Assembly (NCBI GenBank): GCA_028534125.1 | Contig: CM052816.1 | Span: forward strand, 15,192,001-15,256,000 | Length of the DNA: 64,000 bases | Origin: Lama glama | Taxonomy: Eukaryota | Reading direction: 5' to 3' | Shown: positions 12,501-25,560 of the stretch, one piece after another | How positions within the stretch are numbered: position 1 is the first letter of the stretch | Layout: every line of letters begins with the position of its first letter | Made by a program: the position numbers and the translations under genes | The notes under the pieces: generated by a model | Told to the model about the DNA's origin: nothing | The model's database searches: none | What the model saw: only the letters and a program-made list of their open reading frames with translations

Positions 12501-15500
12501 TAGAAATCCTGTACTCACCTAAACGTGTTTTAAATTCAATTTTATTTTCAGGATCCTCATCTTTCCTGAAAAAACAACAACAAAAAAAAACATTTTTGCT
12601 TAATGTGTTCCTACTTTAGGCTCCAACTTTCTAAACTCTCAAGCTCTCCCTGATGTGATGTTTACTTACTTGGTTTCTTTCTGGGGCTTTTCCATCAGTT
12701 CTTCCTCCTCTTTCTCTTTACTGGCAATCTCAGCTCGTACCTAAGAGGAAAGCAAGTAGGGCTTAGACACCTATTCATTTTCCGTATCTTTACTGAACAC
12801 CATTATACCACACTATGCCAGGAACTAAGAATCAGTACTAAACAGGACAATATAGTCCTTGCCCTAATGGAGCTTATAGCAGGAGAGACAGATAAAGTAG
12901 AGCCCTAATGGAGCTTATAGCAGGAGAGACAAAGTAAACAACTAAACAACAAAGTGTGACACCTGGTGTAAGTGATACAGAAGAGCTGTGCAAGGATGCA
13001 GGAAGTGGGAGGTAAGGAGTGGGGAGACTTAACCACACCTGGGTGATCAGAGGAGGTTTTTTCCCAAGAAGATAAAACTGAGGCTGAGACTTGAAAGATG
13101 CAACTAGTCCTACAGCAGGGCCACCGTTAGTCCTTTTAAATGATCTCAACTAACAGTAGTCTCCCTCCTCACCCCAAAAGGCCCATACAAGAACATGCAG
13201 CGCTCTAGCATTACTCTCCACCCACCAACCAAGGCTCACCTTTTGGAGTAGAGCAAAATCCAAGCCTTTCACCAAGTGGGTGTGTTCCATGTCACCACCC
13301 AAGAATTTGGACTCCTGGATCAACTGTCTTCTCTTCTCTGCAGCTGATTTATCCCTGTATAATGAAAGAGACCACATTAGGACAGTCCTTTGTAGGTGGC
13401 AAGCGCCTCCTGAAATGGCTTGGCATGGGGAAATGGCTTTCCAAAGCAGGGGAAATGTGAGGAAGAATTCACATTGCCACTGTATGACTCTACAATGCTG
13501 AGGGAACCACGCCCTGGCCCGCTCAATACTCACGCCTCAGCAGTCGGGCCCACAGCCCTGTAGTTAGCTGTGGTGCTGATCAGCTCAGTTTCCTCATAAT
13601 CTTTGTTCACGCCATCCCGCCGTTCCTTGGCACGGTCCCGGTACTTCTCTGCTAGTTCTCTCTCTCTCTCAATCTCTTGTTGGCGAAGCTTGGCATAATA
13701 ACTGTGACCAGTGAAAGGCAAATGTGTAAGGCTTACCAGCTGCTATCCCAAGGTCAGCAGAACTGTTCCTGTTTCCCCATACCTTCATCCAGCTCTCAAT
13801 GGTGAATGCTCATATACGTCCTAATAGAACTTCTGACCACCTCTTGATAGTCCTCAAAATCACAACTGCAGCCATCTTCTAGCTCACAGATATACTATTC
13901 TGATGTCACCTCAGGACACTCCATCTGTCCCTTCAGAATCCCTTAATGCCACCCAGCTCTACATGACTGAATCTCTACAGGTATGAGACTTCCAGACAGC
14001 AACCAGGAAGTCATCTGAATTTTTATCACCTTCCAAATTTCAACTGAAAATAAATCACTCCTTGTCAGTCCTCCCCAAGAAGAGAGGAAAAGCAAAGTAC
14101 CAGGTCTAGGAAGCTTACTATCATACAAGTAATAGCGATGACAATAATGATGATGGCAGCCAAGATTTGTTGGGGAGTTACTATATGGCAGATACTGGTA
14201 CTAAGTGTTTACATGGACTATCACAGGATCCTCATGACAATGTGATAAAAGTTATTATCACCATCTTGATTCTACCCATGAGAATATTGAGGATTAGAGA
14301 GGTTAAGCAAGATGCCCAGAAACTGAAAGATGAGATTAAAACACCACAGGCTAATTCCAAAGCCCTAAACTGCCATTCTAAATATCATTCCACTCCACTG
14401 AGAAAGCAGAGAACCTCAGGACAAGAAAGGAAAACCTGTCTCTAGCCTCATAACTGGCCCCACTTCTTTCCCCCAATACTATACACCTTAAAACCCAATA
14501 CTCCTCCATCCTTCCTTCACCTTTTCTTTTTTCTCCTTCGCGCAGCTGGATCTTCATCCTCATTGTACTCCCTTGGCATCCTAGAAAAGAAAAAAATTCA
14601 CTGATGGCAAAATATTGCCACAGCCCCAGAAACCCCAAGTAGTGGCCCTGAGGATTGAAGAAAGGCCTAGAATACTGACCAAAGCAACAGCTGACCAGTT
14701 TCAGTCAGGCCGAGATCCATGTCCATCCTTGTAGGCAACCAGTTATGAAGCTTTAGAAAGCATCACAAGCAACTGAAGGACTATTAAAATTATATATCCC
14801 CAAATATGTGTCCTAGAATCTGAGTCTGTGGGGCTGGAATGGACCCAGATATCTACCCATTCAAGCAAAAGAAGCAACTCTAGTACAAGTGCTCCATGGA
14901 ACAGATTCAGTCTCCAGAGGAAGAGAATCAGAATCACAGACTTTAAAAAAGAACTAGCTTTCTAGTTCCTAAGACATCGAGTTCAGTAGATTTTCTGTAG
15001 GAAGGAGATGGAAGACAAGATTGGATCACCTCAGAACTTACTCATGGTGACGAGACTTAGAGGGTGGTGCAGAGGTGGGTGCAGCCCTTGGGGTCATGAG
15101 AAGTTTCCTGAAGTCTTCATTGGTGAGTTTCGATCTAGAAGGCAAGAATTTTAAAAATTAGTAACCAATAAGAACTGGGAAAGGAGTATGTAAAAAATAT
15201 GGTTCACATTACTAGAAATCAGGGAAATATAAATTAAAACAAAGATATGCCACTTTTAATGCATCAGAGTGTTAACTATTAAAAAGTTTGCTAAATGAAG
15301 AACAAGTGACAACTTGGGAAGTAGATACTCTCATATATCGCTGATGGGAATATAAATCAGTTTGGACAATTTGGAGATTGGTCGTTATCTATCTTAAAAT
15401 TTAAATGTGCAATATCCTATGACCCAGCAACTCCATCTATATATAACCTGGCCAATTACTGGCACGTGTATAAGAAGGCCTGTGAAAGAGGTTGAATTAC

Positions 15501-17260
15501 AGTTTTGAAACTAATGAAAACTTGGAAATCACCTAAACATCCATTAACTGGAGACTAAATAAACTGTGAAAGTGTTTCCCAAATGTGGGGAAGAAAGCAC
15601 TGACAGTATAAGAAGTCATTTTAACCGGTACAGTGACAAGGTCTCACTCTTTGACCAAACTTTAGTAAGCTTCCTTTAAGCCCCCTTCTGATTAGGCCTT
15701 TTCATTGACTTGCTGAGCCCAGTTTTAGCAAAGAATCTTGCTGGGTCTCCCCAAGGAAGACTTTATTCAAGACTACTATAATAGGAACCAAAACTATTGC
15801 AAAAAGGGAGAGGGACTGAAACTTAACTCTGAATACAACAGGGATAATTGGGAATTTATAGAAAATTACTTGGATGGACATCAAGGGTTGGGTGGAAGAG
15901 CAATATGATTAGATATCAAGAGGAGTTGTTGGATCTCCTTGATTGATTGATGGGATTCTCCATACTGTGGCAGGATTCTTTGCTAAAACTGGGTTCAGCA
16001 GGCCTGGTCAAAATAGAAGACTTGGAGAAGACTGACTAGAGTTTGGTCAAGAGGGGAGTCCTTGTCACTGCCATGAAAATAACGTCCAAGATACTGAGAA
16101 GGGGAAAAAAGCAGGTGGCAAAATGATATATATACAATATAACACAACTTAATTTTAATATTTTAATTCACAAAGCAATGATATATTTTACTCGGATATG
16201 CATGTATGAATATAAATGCATTTAAAAAGAGTAGGAAGAAAAGATACAAGTTAAAAAGGTAACACTGGTTACCTCCAAGAAAGGGACTGGAATTGGGGAT
16301 GTTATCAAAGACAACATTAACCTTATCCTGATGCTTTAATTGTCGACAATAATTAATTCCTATATAATATGCAATTAAACATCAACTTTATTTTATTTTT
16401 TAAACATCAATTTCAAAAACTAGCATTCTCCCTGCCATAATTTCCCCTTTAATACTCCTATGCAGTTGGCCTGATCCAGTTAAAGTTCACGGAGATAAAG
16501 GGGTAAGTGGTATGATTTTTTTTTTTTTACTGTCCTTGCTGACAAGACATTCAGAAATCTTTCACCATCACCACCACCACTTAATACCCAGCTCATTCCC
16601 ATGGTTCTACATCAAAACACTCACTGGTGGAAAGAGTGAGGATCATCCACATCGTGGCCATCTGGGGCCAAAGGGTTGGAGAACGGCTCACCTAAGAAAA
16701 AGAATTGACATTAATTTAATCAATCTCTTTTGTCAGGTCCTGTGCAAAAGATGGGGATATAGTGTAAAAATACCAATGTATTTTCCTGTCAAGTTGCTCA
16801 CAATCTAGTTAGGAAGAACAGTGACAGTGACAATACAACGTAACAAGGGCTTAAGTAGGAAAATACAAGGAGCTGCGGGAGCCCAGAGCAGGGGGCCCCG
16901 TAACAGCGCTGGAGGATCAGCAAAGACTTCCTGAAAATAACATCTAAGATACTACCGGAAAGATAAATTGGCGTAACCCCAAATTAAGTAATGGAGGTTG
17001 AGGTTTGTTCACAGATAAAACTCTTCTGTCGTGGTTTGGGGCAAGGACAAGGTTTAGGAACAGTCTGGAGCTGCTGGCCTCGCTAGGGGCCCAACGGACT
17101 CGCCATGCTCCAAGCGTCACTCTCCCGGCCCCCCCCTCCAGCCTCACATACACACACACACCCGGCTTAAACTCTGAGGCCAAAATAACGCTCCAAGTGT
17201 CCCTAGTCCCGCGGGGAAGAAAGGGCAGATGATCCAAGCCTTACTATCTCGCTCCGGCAT
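6533..17260 (-). CDS. IK: IK / RED spliceosomal protein, 20 coding exons, 555 aa
   Basis: Exons 17245-17260, 16625-16691, 15042-15134, 14521-14580, 13534-13701, 13240-13354, 12670-12740, 12519-12565, 11309-11472, 10326-10434, 9944-9983, 9564-9783 (RE/RD repeat), 9296-9314, 8750-8828, 8381-8461, 8077-8134, 7163-7251, 6851-6959, 6643-6677, 6533-6560. Total 1668 nt, MPERDSEPFSNP...VEVKRPKY*. Confidence 0.96.
8462..8749 (-). other. IK: U12-type (minor spliceosome) AT-AC intron 14 of IK
   Basis: 5' site ATATCCTTT (8741-8749 minus), branch site CCTTAAC (8471-8477 minus) and terminal AC. Splicing restores TES-LKKPEDKKQLG. Confidence 0.93.
11666..11807 (+). mobile_element. tRNA-derived SINE (camelid Vic-1-like)
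   Basis: A box TAGTTCAGTGG, B box GGTTCAATCCC, AT-rich tail, and imperfect TSD aagaatacta(g/a)ggct. Confidence 0.8.
15631..16070. mobile_element. Two MER31-like LTR pieces in inverted orientation (fold-back structure) in IK intron 2
   Basis: Both ends read cagtgacaagg...ttgaccaaact inward. Segment 15711-15741 matches the reverse complement of 15970-16000 at 29/31. The family name is recalled from consensus sequences. Confidence 0.6.
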
Positions 17261-19364
<2,104 letters not shown>

Positions 19365-19556
19365 AGCTTCTGCTGAGGAGTAAGAGCAACAGCCCTACAG
19401 CCTGGGCTTTGCTGGACTGGGTACAATGTGGACAAATGTGTTCTTCTGTTCTTTATAAAGCTTGGGCTGAAAATGCTGTCTCAGGACGTTCTGTTCCTCA
19501 TTCCACCTTCTACCCCTTACTGTACAACCAACTGAGGCAAAGCAGTTGAATATAAA

Positions 19557-19570
19557 AATAAAACTTTATT
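19557..19570. terminator. Back-to-back polyA signals: NDUFA2 AATAAA (+, 19557-19562) and TMCO6 AATAAA (-, 19565-19570)
   Basis: The sequence aataaaactttatt lies downstream of both stop codons. Confidence 0.75.
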
Positions 19571-19885
19571 CTGTCCCATCAAAAGCCATCAGCTGCTGAA
19601 ACAAAAAGAATTTTTTAAAAGGCCGGGGAAAGAAAGAACAAGAAAAGAGGAGATTCCAAGGACCGAGATTAAGTAGGCCACTGAGTTCCCTCTTGGCCCT
19701 CCTGTCTGGACAATGCTGGGTGATGAGGAGGAGCTGGGATCCCTTAGACAAGGCTTAGGCTCAAATGTGGGAGCAGAGAGCATGACACATCATTATGGTT
19801 CTAAACCCTCAAAAGGGGCTCTGTGGGCCAGGAAGTTGGTGGGGTGGTAGTTAAAGAGTGGAGTATGTGACACGGAGAAGCCAAG

Positions 19886-22800
19886 TCACCCATGCTGAGC
19901 TGTCTGCTGGAGAGCACGCACACGATCCTGGAGCTGTGCCACCTCCTCATGCCTCTGTAGGGCCTGCAGCCCTGATTGCTGCAAGAAGGCCTGGACAGCC
20001 TGAGAGTGGGAAAAAAAGGATTCAACACAGCGTCCCTGAGCCCTAATACTCAACTCCCACAGCCTTACAGGTTAGCCCACCTCTTCTTGGAAGATAGCGC
20101 ATTCCCAACAAGAAGACAGAAGTTCTAGCCTAGGCTAGCTAGGCCCAGAGAAGTGACTAAAGTTAAGACTAGAAAGAAAGGGGCCAGGGTGAGACCAGAG
20201 GCTTCAGAACAGGGGGACTGGGGACCAAGGCCAGAAACTCACCCCTGGCTGATAGAGGAACAGCAATTGCAGCAGCTCCAAACTCTGGCCTACTACTTCA
20301 GTGTCAGAGAAGACCAATGTGTCCAGCAAGGAGGGGAGCAGGGGCCCTGCCAGAGACGCTGACAATAAGCAGGACCTTTCTCTGCAACGTTGCACACAAC
20401 TGTGAGCACCTGCGGACAGATACATGTACACAACCCCACAGAGGAAAGCCAAAGATTGTAACAATAGCTTCTCTGGAGTACTGACCATGTGCCCAAGCAC
20501 TATGCCAACCACTATTATATGCATATTCTGTAAATCCTACCTCAGCTGCCCCCAGGTAGGATTACCATTCCCAATTATAAATAAGGAAACTGACACTTAA
20601 GATGGTTCGTTGACTTGCCCAAGGTTAGTTACTAGTACACCGCGGTTTAGGGACACACACCTAGACCATCTGGTCTATGACTGATGGTCTGGCCCTGAAG
20701 CCATCCACACCACACCACCTGCCAGCTCTCAGCTAAGGATACATCTGGAGGCTTAGGTCGGCTCCCACTGTTTATACTCAGGCCACCCGATCTTGGACCC
20801 AAGTGACCTTAATACCTACCAATACGCTCACCACATTAGATACTGACAACAACCGCAAGAGGGGCTCAATCAGATCCAGGGAGAGCAAGGAGGTGCAGAA
20901 ACTAGGACTGTTTGCTGGAAAGGAAAATGTCAGGGTGAAGTTCCTCTAACTGGGGCCTGAAACCACCTCAGGTCCAGTGCTACCCACCCCAGCCCAGGCC
21001 ATGAGGAAGTATTCCCAGCATCTAACGGTCCAGGCCTAGGCACATTACAGTGCTTACCAGTGAGGTTATTAAGAAGCCAGAGGCCCTCAGGAAGCAGGCT
21101 GGGCTGTTTCTGGAGGAAGAACTGCAGAAGGATAAATAAGGCTGCCACAACACGCTCATCTCGGAGCTGCATTTGCTCTCCCACGGCCTCCACTGCTGCC
21201 TCTGTTAGCAAGTTGCTTAGACACCGAAGCACAGGGCATGCCAGCTGCAAAGAGGAGTTGGGGGTCAGGTGTAAGGAGCAAGGGGCAACCTGCACATGGA
21301 AGCAGGAGCAGAGTAAGAAGAGACATTGCCCAGATCTTGACCCGACCTCTTCACCTACCAGCTCCAGTCCTGCATCCTCAGTTCTCTGGACAGCCCCAGC
21401 CAAGTCCAACAGCAGCAGCCCCAGAGTGGACAGAGCCCCATGGGTGATGAGCAGGGCATTATTGACCTGGCTGGGCAATAGGAAGCCAGTAGTCACTACT
21501 CAGTCAATCCTACCTTTATTTTTTTATTTTTTTGCTGTTTCATTTTTTTATCACTCAAAAAAGCTTCATTTTTTATTTAGCTTTCTGACTCTGTGCTTGT
21601 GCTTTCAATACTTTCACAATGATTTTCTGCTCCTCAATAAGGAAAGCACACTTGATCCTGTCACAGACACGTTTAGCACACAAGGAACCATCATAAGCCC
21701 GGCTGACATGCTTTTTTGTTTTAGACAGTCCCATAAGACCTTAAGGTCTCACATCACGAACTCCTCGAAGTGGGCCTGGGCACACGCCACATGTGGATTT
21801 TGGTGCTTTCCCAACTTTCTTGGTATAAAGGTAAACAATTCTATTACCAGAAGTTTGGGACAGCCTAGCTTTGTTAGAGGCTGTACTGTAGGACAGCCTA
21901 TGACAGTATGTCAAACACTGGACCATTCTGAATGCCTCTAGATATGGTCCCCGGAAGAGCCAATCCTACCTTTAAATCAACAAATGGCCTAGGTCTGTGG
22001 GTTTCCAGGGCTTCAAGAAGAGAGGACCACAGAAGGAAGAAAACTCACCACTACAATTCCAGAAACCAAAGTTCAAAAACCTGAGTGTCATGGAAGGAAA
22101 CTCCAGGGGAGGCCTATGGCACTTTCTTCAACTGGCCTGTGTTACCTGCAGATTATGTAGTGAAGACACCAGGCAAACTCCACAGCGACCCCAAGGTTCA
22201 GCTTTGGGCCAGGTTGCAACAGTTGCAGCATGTGCTGGGGGAGAGTGGAGCCCAGGACAGAGCTGCCAGTAGAAGCAGAGATATGAGTAGGAACCACAGA
22301 AGGCAAGATGCCAGCCACTCTTCCCAAACCCTAATAGCAGGTGGCAAAGTGTCCAAACCCAAAGCTCCTCCCAGTCAGGCACATGGAGTTAAAATGTGCA
22401 ACAGCCATGGAAACAAAACTCTACCAGGCATCCAGGGGCTACACTAACAAGTAAGTCACACCTGCCTGCACATGTGAAGACCCAATTTTACTTACGGGAT
22501 GATCTTCTCTGGAGCTTCCTTAGCCTGCAGAAGCTGGGACAAGGCGTATCCAAGGGCTTCCAGCACAGTCAGATGGGGGGACTAGAAGCAGACATAGAAG
22601 GGATTTGACTCTGGAACACAGGCTGTAAGATTTCCTGAGACTTTCAACCTCTTAGCACAGGGCAGAGGCTGGAGGTGCCTAACCAAAGCAGGCAGTGCAT
22701 GTAGAGAGACATGACGGGAGGGTTGCCCAGGGAGGAAGAAAGAAAATGGACACTCACCTGGATGCACGCAGCCAAGGCTGGAACAATGCCCTGTGGCAGG

Positions 22801-25114
22801 AGCTGCCTTCTCACAGCCTCACTCTCCACGATCAGGTTACCCAGTGTATACAGACAGAGCTCCTGAGAGCAGGATGAGAAAATCACTGGGCTTGGCCTGT
22901 CTCAGGCTGGGGTAGGGGTGGGGTGGATGGAGCATCCCTAACCCTAGGGATCTGGGTACAGAGGAATGGGAGATGATGGGTGTACGTATGTCTGTGGCAT
23001 CAGGGGAAACAGGTTTTCTTCTTTTCTCTAGCTGCCAGCTCAAACTGGACCCACAAGCAAATTTTTAAATCCAAACCAAGAATAAGGAAGGAAGGGATAG
23101 AGCTTACTATAAAGTCTGAGCTGTGACCGGAGAGGTAGGTGAGAAGGTAGGAAGTAGCCGGCAGGCAGGCCTCAGCCACTGCAGACAGCTCAGAATGAGA
23201 GAGCTCATGAAGGCAGCGAGCCGCCTCTAGCTGCAGCAGGGCCTGGTTGCTGGTCAAGAGCCCGACCAGGGTCCGAATGCTGCCCTCCAGCCTACACAAG
23301 TGAGCACCAGAGCCCTGCTCAGCCTGTGGCCCATTCTCCTCCACGCTCCCATCCATCCCTCAGAGCCCCAGCCACCCACTCATACCACCCACACTGACCT
23401 GATGAAGGCCTGCTGCGTCTCAGGGTGCTGCAAGCCTCGACGAAGGCTGACCAGAGCCTTCTCTCTCTCCTTTTCCTCTGTCCCCCGCTGGGCTAACCGA
23501 AGGAACTGCTGGATCTACGACCCAGGACAGGAAGAAGAGAGGTGGCAACACACAGTTGCCAGAAAGCAAGGCATGAATCCTGCTCTGCCCACTTCCCGTG
23601 TGCCCTCCAATATGGCACAATCCCTAGAACTTGTCATTCACACTAATATAGCTATGTACCAACTTTACAGTAGAGTGGACAGAAGAGGTACTCAAAACGC
23701 AGTTTAATACCAGCCTTGCCACTTACTCTACAGGGGACCTAAACCTCAGTTTCTCACCTGAAAAATAAGAATAACATCTACCCTGACTTCTTACTGGCTT
23801 ATTTTAAGGATAACATTTAAACCTCTCAACCTGGCATAACCTACCCCTCCAGCCATTCTCCCCATGCAACCTACAATGCAACACCACCAAGCACAACAGG
23901 ACTTGTTTTTTAACGCTTTCAAATTTTGTACAATCTATTTCTTCGGCGCAGTATACCCTCTCCAGGTCCTCCACTCCCTTACTGCCTCTGGGATGTTAGC
24001 CCCTTCTGGCTTCCTTTGGCAGACTCAGGGGTTTCTATTGTACCTCATGTTTCCATCATGTGGGAGCATATCTGTCTCTTCACTGGGCTGTAAACACTTC
24101 AAAGAAAAGGATTCTCTTTTTAATCTTTATGTATCTCAGTACCCAGCACAGGCGTTGTGCCATAAAGTAAGCACACATGAATAAATGGTATAACCTAGGT
24201 GTAAGTGCTTTATAAACTACATATGTAAATAGATAATATAAACACGGAGGATGCCCAAGGCTTGCTGAATGAATAAATGAACTAAAAAAAATTATTTCAT
24301 TCACTTTTTCCATAAATGAGTATATGCCAGATGCTGTACAGGCATCTGAGTTTTCAATGATGACAAATAAGGTTCAGGTTATTGTGGATTTAAAGTCCAG
24401 GTGAAGAAACTATAAAAACAAGCAAACAATTAGTATGATTAAGATTCTGCAGACCCACTTTAGATGCCGAAAATGTAAAGCCCTGCTTTAAGTATGCAGA
24501 GAAGAGGATCGTGGCAATTGCATTGGCAAGGGCACGTAAAGACTCCACAGCTGTTTAGGAGGTAAAAACAAACAAACAAAACACCCAAAAACCATCTTGG
24601 ACTGGATGATGATGTTGGATGAGGGACACGAGTTATCTCGGATGAATTCCCGGTTTCAGGCTCGGCCCACTAGATAGATGGAGGTGTTGAAGGGACCGCG
24701 TTCAGGTCTGGCGGCATAACTCAAGTACTCGAGAAGGAATTTGCCGCCAGATGGTGTTGACCTCACCACGTACCCTGCCCCCTCACCTCGGCTTCTCCAA
24801 GGATCACAGCCACATATCCTTCAGCTTTCTCCGGGTCTTCGTCTCTCAGCAGCCTCTTGCTGACCAGCTGCTGCTCTCTCCGCGCCTTCCGCAGTGCTAG
24901 GGGCAAAGGAGCCGCCTGAGCGTGGGAGGGGCACCCAGGACCCAGAACTCGTCTCCGACCCAGGCGGCTTCCTCACCTCGTCTCCTACTGCCATCCCCCA
25001 TTCTCCCGTGCTCCCCCACCCGCCCACACCTGCCTCTCGCTCCCGCCGGCGGCACCGTAGCTCCTCCACCCCGCAGCTCAACGGCCTGAGGCGGCGCTGC
25101 CGTCGGCTCCACAT
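19886..25114 (-). CDS. TMCO6: Transmembrane and coiled-coil domains 6 (importin-alpha-like IBB/ARM protein), 12 exons; 1-bp frameshift in exon 11 in this sequence
   Basis: Exons 25030-25114, 24787-24896, 23399-23514, 23108-23291, 22758-22862, 22496-22581, 22146-22262, 21359-21470, 21058-21244, 20820-20914, 20243-20409, 19886-19999. Total 1478 nt, one short of 492 aa plus stop. Protein [11 protein letters not shown]...[17 protein letters not shown]...QTAQHG*. Confidence 0.92.
21519..21960 (-). pseudogene. RPL34: RPL34 processed pseudogene in TMCO6 intron 7
   Basis: Intronless 354-nt CDS remnant 21573-21926 ([23 protein letters not shown]...[15 protein letters not shown]...[19 protein letters not shown]...AQSQKAK*) with one in-frame TAA at 21741-21743. 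It has a 5'UTR remnant, an A-rich tail and a 14-bp TSD caatcctaccttta (21505-21518, 21961-21974). Confidence 0.95.
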
Positions 25115-25560
25115 GGTGGAGCTGGAGGAAATTTGCACCAAGTTGAGAACCGGGAAAAGTGAACAGAGGCCTGGAAGCCTGTAGCGCTCGCGCAGCCACA
25201 ACGCAGGGCGGAAGGGGCGGTGCCAGCCAGCAGAGCACGGAGTGAAGTGAAGGCGGGGCGGGACGAGGGGGCGCGGCCACCGGCTGGGGCGGGGCGGGGC
25301 CAAGGGAGGGTGGGGCGGGCAGAGGAGGAGAGAGGAGGAGCGAGAACAGAGGACTGGCAGGGCGAGGGCGGGAGGGGCGGCGCGAGGGCGGGAGGGGCGG
25401 CGCGAGGGCGGGAGGGGCGGCGCGAAGGCTAGAGGTAGGGTGGGACCTAGGCGGAAAGCCAAGAGAATTCTGAGCAGCCGCACTTCGGTTTCTCTGCTTC
25501 AAATCTAGGAGAGTAACTCAACCTCGACCCCGACGGCCCCGGACACTAGCGCCACCTTCC
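25115..25560 (-). promoter_or_regulatory. TMCO6 GC-rich promoter with multiple GC boxes
   Basis: CpG-rich with many GGGGCGGG motifs upstream of the ATG at 25114. Confidence 0.7.
25362..25425. repeat. 20-bp tandem repeat GCGAGGGCGGGAGGGGCGGC x3
   Basis: Three perfect copies followed by a partial GCGA. Confidence 0.9.

Noticed and set aside
21060..21941. 293-aa plus-strand ORF
   Set aside because: Antisense shadow of TMCO6 exons 8-9 and the RPL34 retrocopy. It runs through a poly-T tract, has a non-ATG start and shows no recognisable domain.
24821..25502. Long Pro/Arg-rich ORFs over the TMCO6 promoter
   Set aside because: Stop-poor GC-rich promoter and tandem repeat; only the part from ATG 25114 is coding.
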